Source: Macrostomum lignano
Taxonomy: Eukaryota
Direction: 5' to 3'
NCBI GenBank assembly: GCA_002269645.1
Contig: NIVC01003245.1
Span: 45,261-109,260 of the forward strand
DNA: 64,000 nt
The position numbers and the translations under genes are program-made. Below, one piece after another: positions 60,721-64,000 of this stretch. The notes below the pieces were generated by a model, which was given only the letters and a program-made list of their open reading frames with translations, searched no databases and was not told where the DNA came from. Every line of letters begins with the position of its first letter. Position 1 is the stretch's first letter.

Positions 60721-62012
60721 TCACTGAGATCTACTCTGAGAGTCGGCAGAATCGTCAGCAGAGGCGTCGTTCATATCGCCGTCGTCGCCTTCGCCGTCGA
60801 GACTTTGCCGTCGGCTTGCCGAAGTGGCGGCGGCCGCAGCGTCCGCCAGCTCGTGCTCCGTGGCATTTAGCGCAGCCGTGGCAGCTGCGGTCTGATGGAG
60901 CGCCTGTCCGGCCGGCCCTGCGCCGGGGCGCGATGCACCGAGCACCCCAGTCTGCCGGTTGATGCTGGTGATGATCTGTCGGAGCTCCTCCAGCGCGTTG
61001 GCCTGCATCAGGATGTAGTTCTTGGCCAGCAGCAGGGTGGCTATCTTGGACAGCTTTCTCACCTGAGGTTGCAAGGATTGGTCAAGACACTCTTTGGTTG
61101 AGCTATAGTTACTTTGCAAGGAGAAGGCAAGCGGTCCTGTCCCTTCCACTGATCCCTGAGCACACACGCTCTCGCGCTCTCGCCGTACATGTACGTACGC
61201 GGCCCTGAACATTCCCTCGAATCCCCGACCAAAAGTAAGTGTGCCAACAGTGCCCCCAAGTGAGCCCAACTGACGTTGGTTGTGTCACAGTTGGCAGAGT
61301 TGTGTAAAAGTGTGCTCTCAACGAGTATGCATATTGGCACAGTTATTTCAATCGGATATTGTGCCAAATGGAACTACATGTATATGGCACATATTTTGGT
61401 TTTAGCCTTTATGGTCTTTTCTCTGTGTCATTTGGCGCAGAAATGGCAGTGCAGTGTTGCTTTTTATCGGTCCTCGGCCCGTACACTCAGCGTGACGACA
61501 CGACAATCCACGTACAAGACAGTTTTTGTTTCTGAGCCGCAATTCAAGTTGAGCTCAATTAACAAACTACTTTAAAAATAGCAAATTGTTAATCGTCGAG
61601 TACCGAAGGCGAATGGGCGTAGGGAATGACGCTCCTCAGCTCGTCCAGGGCGTCGTTCAAATCGTGCATTCGACGGCGCTCCCTGGCGTTGACATTCAGC
61701 CGCAGCCGTTTGGACTCCTTGCCGGGCTGCGGCTGCAACTGCTGGCTCTTCTGGTGCCGGCGTGAGACTGCGGCGGCCGCGACGGCTGCGGAACCTTCTC
61801 ACCGAACCTAGCTGACTGAAGTCCGCTTGAGTACGACGAAGCTTGCAGCTGTTGCGGAAGCTCATTGCAACAGCTGGGGTCGTCGTCCAACTCTTTGTCG
61901 CCGAAGTCGTCGTCCTCGTTGTCACGTCGATGTCGTTGTCATCGTAGAAGTAGCCGCTCGCCCGGTCCTCGGCGGCTTCATCTCTAACAGTGACACTGGA
62001 CGGTTCCGTCAT
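60721..62012 (-). CDS. BHLHE22: bHLH transcription factor of the BHLHE22/23 (Beta3/Olig) family; exons 62012-61604 and 61062-60721; exon 1 has two apparent 1-nt deletions
   Basis: [35 protein letters not shown]|[28 protein letters not shown] is essentially the BHLHE22/23 bHLH, with a phase-0 GT-AG intron. The ATG at 62012 reaches this frame only via shifts near 61925 and 61758. Confidence 0.88.
61141..61210 (-). mobile_element. Short SINE fragment in the bHLH intron
   Basis: TTCCACTGATCCCTGAGCACAC...GCGGCCCTGA matches the SINE family blocks. Confidence 0.55.
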
Positions 62013-63185
62013 TCCTGGCTCGGATTATTGGCTCGGAGCGCTAATATGCTCGCCCTTCTTTGCTTATAGCCGGCAAAATGAGGCCCTACTTATCTTGCGG
62101 GCGCCATCAACCTCCGAGAGCCAATCTCTCTCCCTCCTAGTGGCAGGCGCTGCGCGGCGCGGCGCTGCTTCTTGAGTGGAAGTGATAGAAGAGCCAATCT
62201 GAAGCTGCGCCCTATCGCCAAATAATATCAGTCGAGTAGGTGACCGGGCTGGTGGGGGGCGGCCCGTTGGGAAATTCAATCATTCCGCCCGCTCTTTCCG
62301 CTGCTTTCCTCCCTGAAAAGAGAAAAAACTGGCGCGTATTTGAGTCATAATTCAATTTCTGTCCCGCTCGGCCTCATCCCCAGTCTCCTAGCGCCGTGAT
62401 AGAAATAGATGAAGACGAAGGCAGAGAGATGAGGAAAGGAAGCTACTATGAGGAAGCCTACGCCTCGTTTGCCTGACAAATTGCATTCCCGACTATGGCG
62501 AAACTTCTTCTGAATCTGAGAGGCTGGGCTCCGTTTCCACTCTAAGAGCGGCTCGTTACAGGCGCCCGTGACAGCTCGTTTGGTGGCGCTTCAAACCTTG
62601 GCTGGGGCGGCCTTATCTTCAAACGGGAGATTTTGCGCATGCCTGCCTCTTATGGAGGCCAACCAGCCAAACCGCTCCCGTTTCATCTTGACGGAACGGA
62701 CCGGCAAGACAGACAACTATCTGCAGAGTCAGGGAGACAGATAAAATTACCCCAACAGATGAAGGAGCAGCCATCGGTGCGAGTAAATCGAGTTGATAGG
62801 AATAATGTATTGCATTACGCTACGCGCGCAAGTCGCTCATTTGCTCTCTCTACTCATCACCCGGCTGTGCCTGCCCTCAAGCAACTGCACGCGAGGCAAA
62901 TTCGTCGAGAAAGCATGGTCGAATAACTACAGAAAGACTCGAGTGTGTAGAAATTGCGCTGTAGTTATGGTAGACCTATTTTTGTTCTAAACAGTGTACG
63001 GACATTGTTACGGATAAAACTCTTGCTAGGATACAACGAAAGATGTTACTACAAAAATGAAACAGTAACAGAATCTACATTTAAAAAGACTTGTATGAAT
63101 TAGAAAGCATGAATAAAAAAGAAAATTTTTTGCTATAGAGGTAACCTTGTCACAAGCTAAATTGCGGCTTTCAATCTTAAATCTA

Positions 63186-63786
63186 TCAAATATTTACGGC
63201 ATTATTTGTGAGAGTCGACATCGGCATCTGTACGATGGCGACTATTAGGATGGCCAGAAAGGCCACGCCAGCAGAGCCGCTATGATGTACCATTTGTACT
63301 TTGGCCAGAAAATGGTTCGAAACGCGGCCAAAGCGCTGGACCAGAAGCTGTTGCTGATTGTTAGCCTGCTCGGCGGCGGCAGGTACGGATGCTGGTTGGG
63401 TTCACCTCGGCCCAGGCGGCCGGCTTCAGCTCGGCTTCCTCTCGCGACAGAATCTCAAGCTCCATTAGGGCCTTGCCAACCATCCAGGCACCGGACTTGC
63501 TTTCCAGGGCCTCCATAGACTTGCAGGCGCTCAGCGCCAGTAGCCATAGACCCGCTGCACTTCGAACAGATTGACGGAGGCTCGGACTGCGACAGCGGAA
63601 TTCAGACGGTTGACCGGTTGGACACGATGGACCGGGCGGGCATGTCATTGACAGAGCCCATCTGCCATCGCTGGCCGCAGCTGGCATTCGTCTTTGTGCC
63701 GCGCCGGCTTGCAGCAGCTTTGGCGAGGTCCAGCTCGACGCTGCCGATAAAGTCGTCGAAACGGAAGCGGTCGGTTTGTCCCAAAC
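63186..63786 (-). pseudogene. Last exon of a ferlin-family gene (C2F end, ferlin C domain, C-terminal TM), with several frameshifts
   Basis: After a CAG acceptor: VWD..DRFRFDDFIGSVELDL, VNLFEVQRVYGYW.C, GKALMELEILSREEAELKPA, GRGEPNQHPYLPPPSR, FWPKYKWYII and a hydrophobic tail. These lie in alternating frames. It may be an intact gene with consensus errors. Confidence 0.8.
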
Positions 63787-63854
63787 CTGATCAGTTTTAA
63801 GTTTCATTTGATGGGATTCCGTTTCGGGTTAAGACTGCACGGGTAGCTTTCTGC

Positions 63855-64000
63855 CCCTCCGACTTGACTTTCATCCCTCCGACTTGTCCCTCATCTCCAA
63901 CTTGTCTTTTATCCGTCCGACTTGCCTGACTTTCATCCTCCGACTTGACTTTCATCCCTCCGACATCCCTCGACTTGACTTTCATCCCTCCGACTTGTCT
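63855..64000. repeat. ~20-bp minisatellite in the ferlin intron (runs off the window)
   Basis: Unit CCGACTTGACTTTCATCCCT. Confidence 0.85.

Overview
Animal (eukaryotic) genomic DNA with spliceosomal introns, GC-rich coding exons and very dense mini/microsatellites and transposon debris. The style resembles the free-living flatworm Macrostomum lignano (inference, not provable here). Genes I can support: a mucin-like single-pass membrane protein (-, 791-~2915), a two-exon rhodopsin-class peptide GPCR (+, 15805-17731), a PDE9-like phosphodiesterase with no intron in its ORF (+, 33951-35207), a five-exon low-complexity protein with a C-terminal RRM (+, 49186-53214, one GC-AG intron), cytoplasmic asparaginyl-tRNA synthetase (+, ~54802-58595), a BHLHE22/23-type bHLH factor (-, 60721-62012) and the last exon of a ferlin (-, 63186-63786). 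The last three carry single-base frameshifts. Mobile DNA: five copies of a tRNA-derived SINE, a Crypton/DUF3504-like element, a 2.3-kb Foldback-type element, a hAT MITE carrying a 21-bp array, a MITE interrupted by a 5'-truncated LINE, a Merlin element, a Tc1/mariner element and a decayed LINE. The most unusual signal is a ~6-kb block (41768-48023) almost devoid of CpG and rich in TpA, whose nested transposons show CpG-type decay. This points to local methylation/RIP-like hypermutation or a foreign origin. Also notable: a 16-bp quasi-palindrome (CCGATATGTATCGAAA) confined to 52-60 kb that seeds two different arrays, and intronic arrays whose units resemble their own splice donors. No CRISPR array, rRNA or genuine tRNA gene was found.
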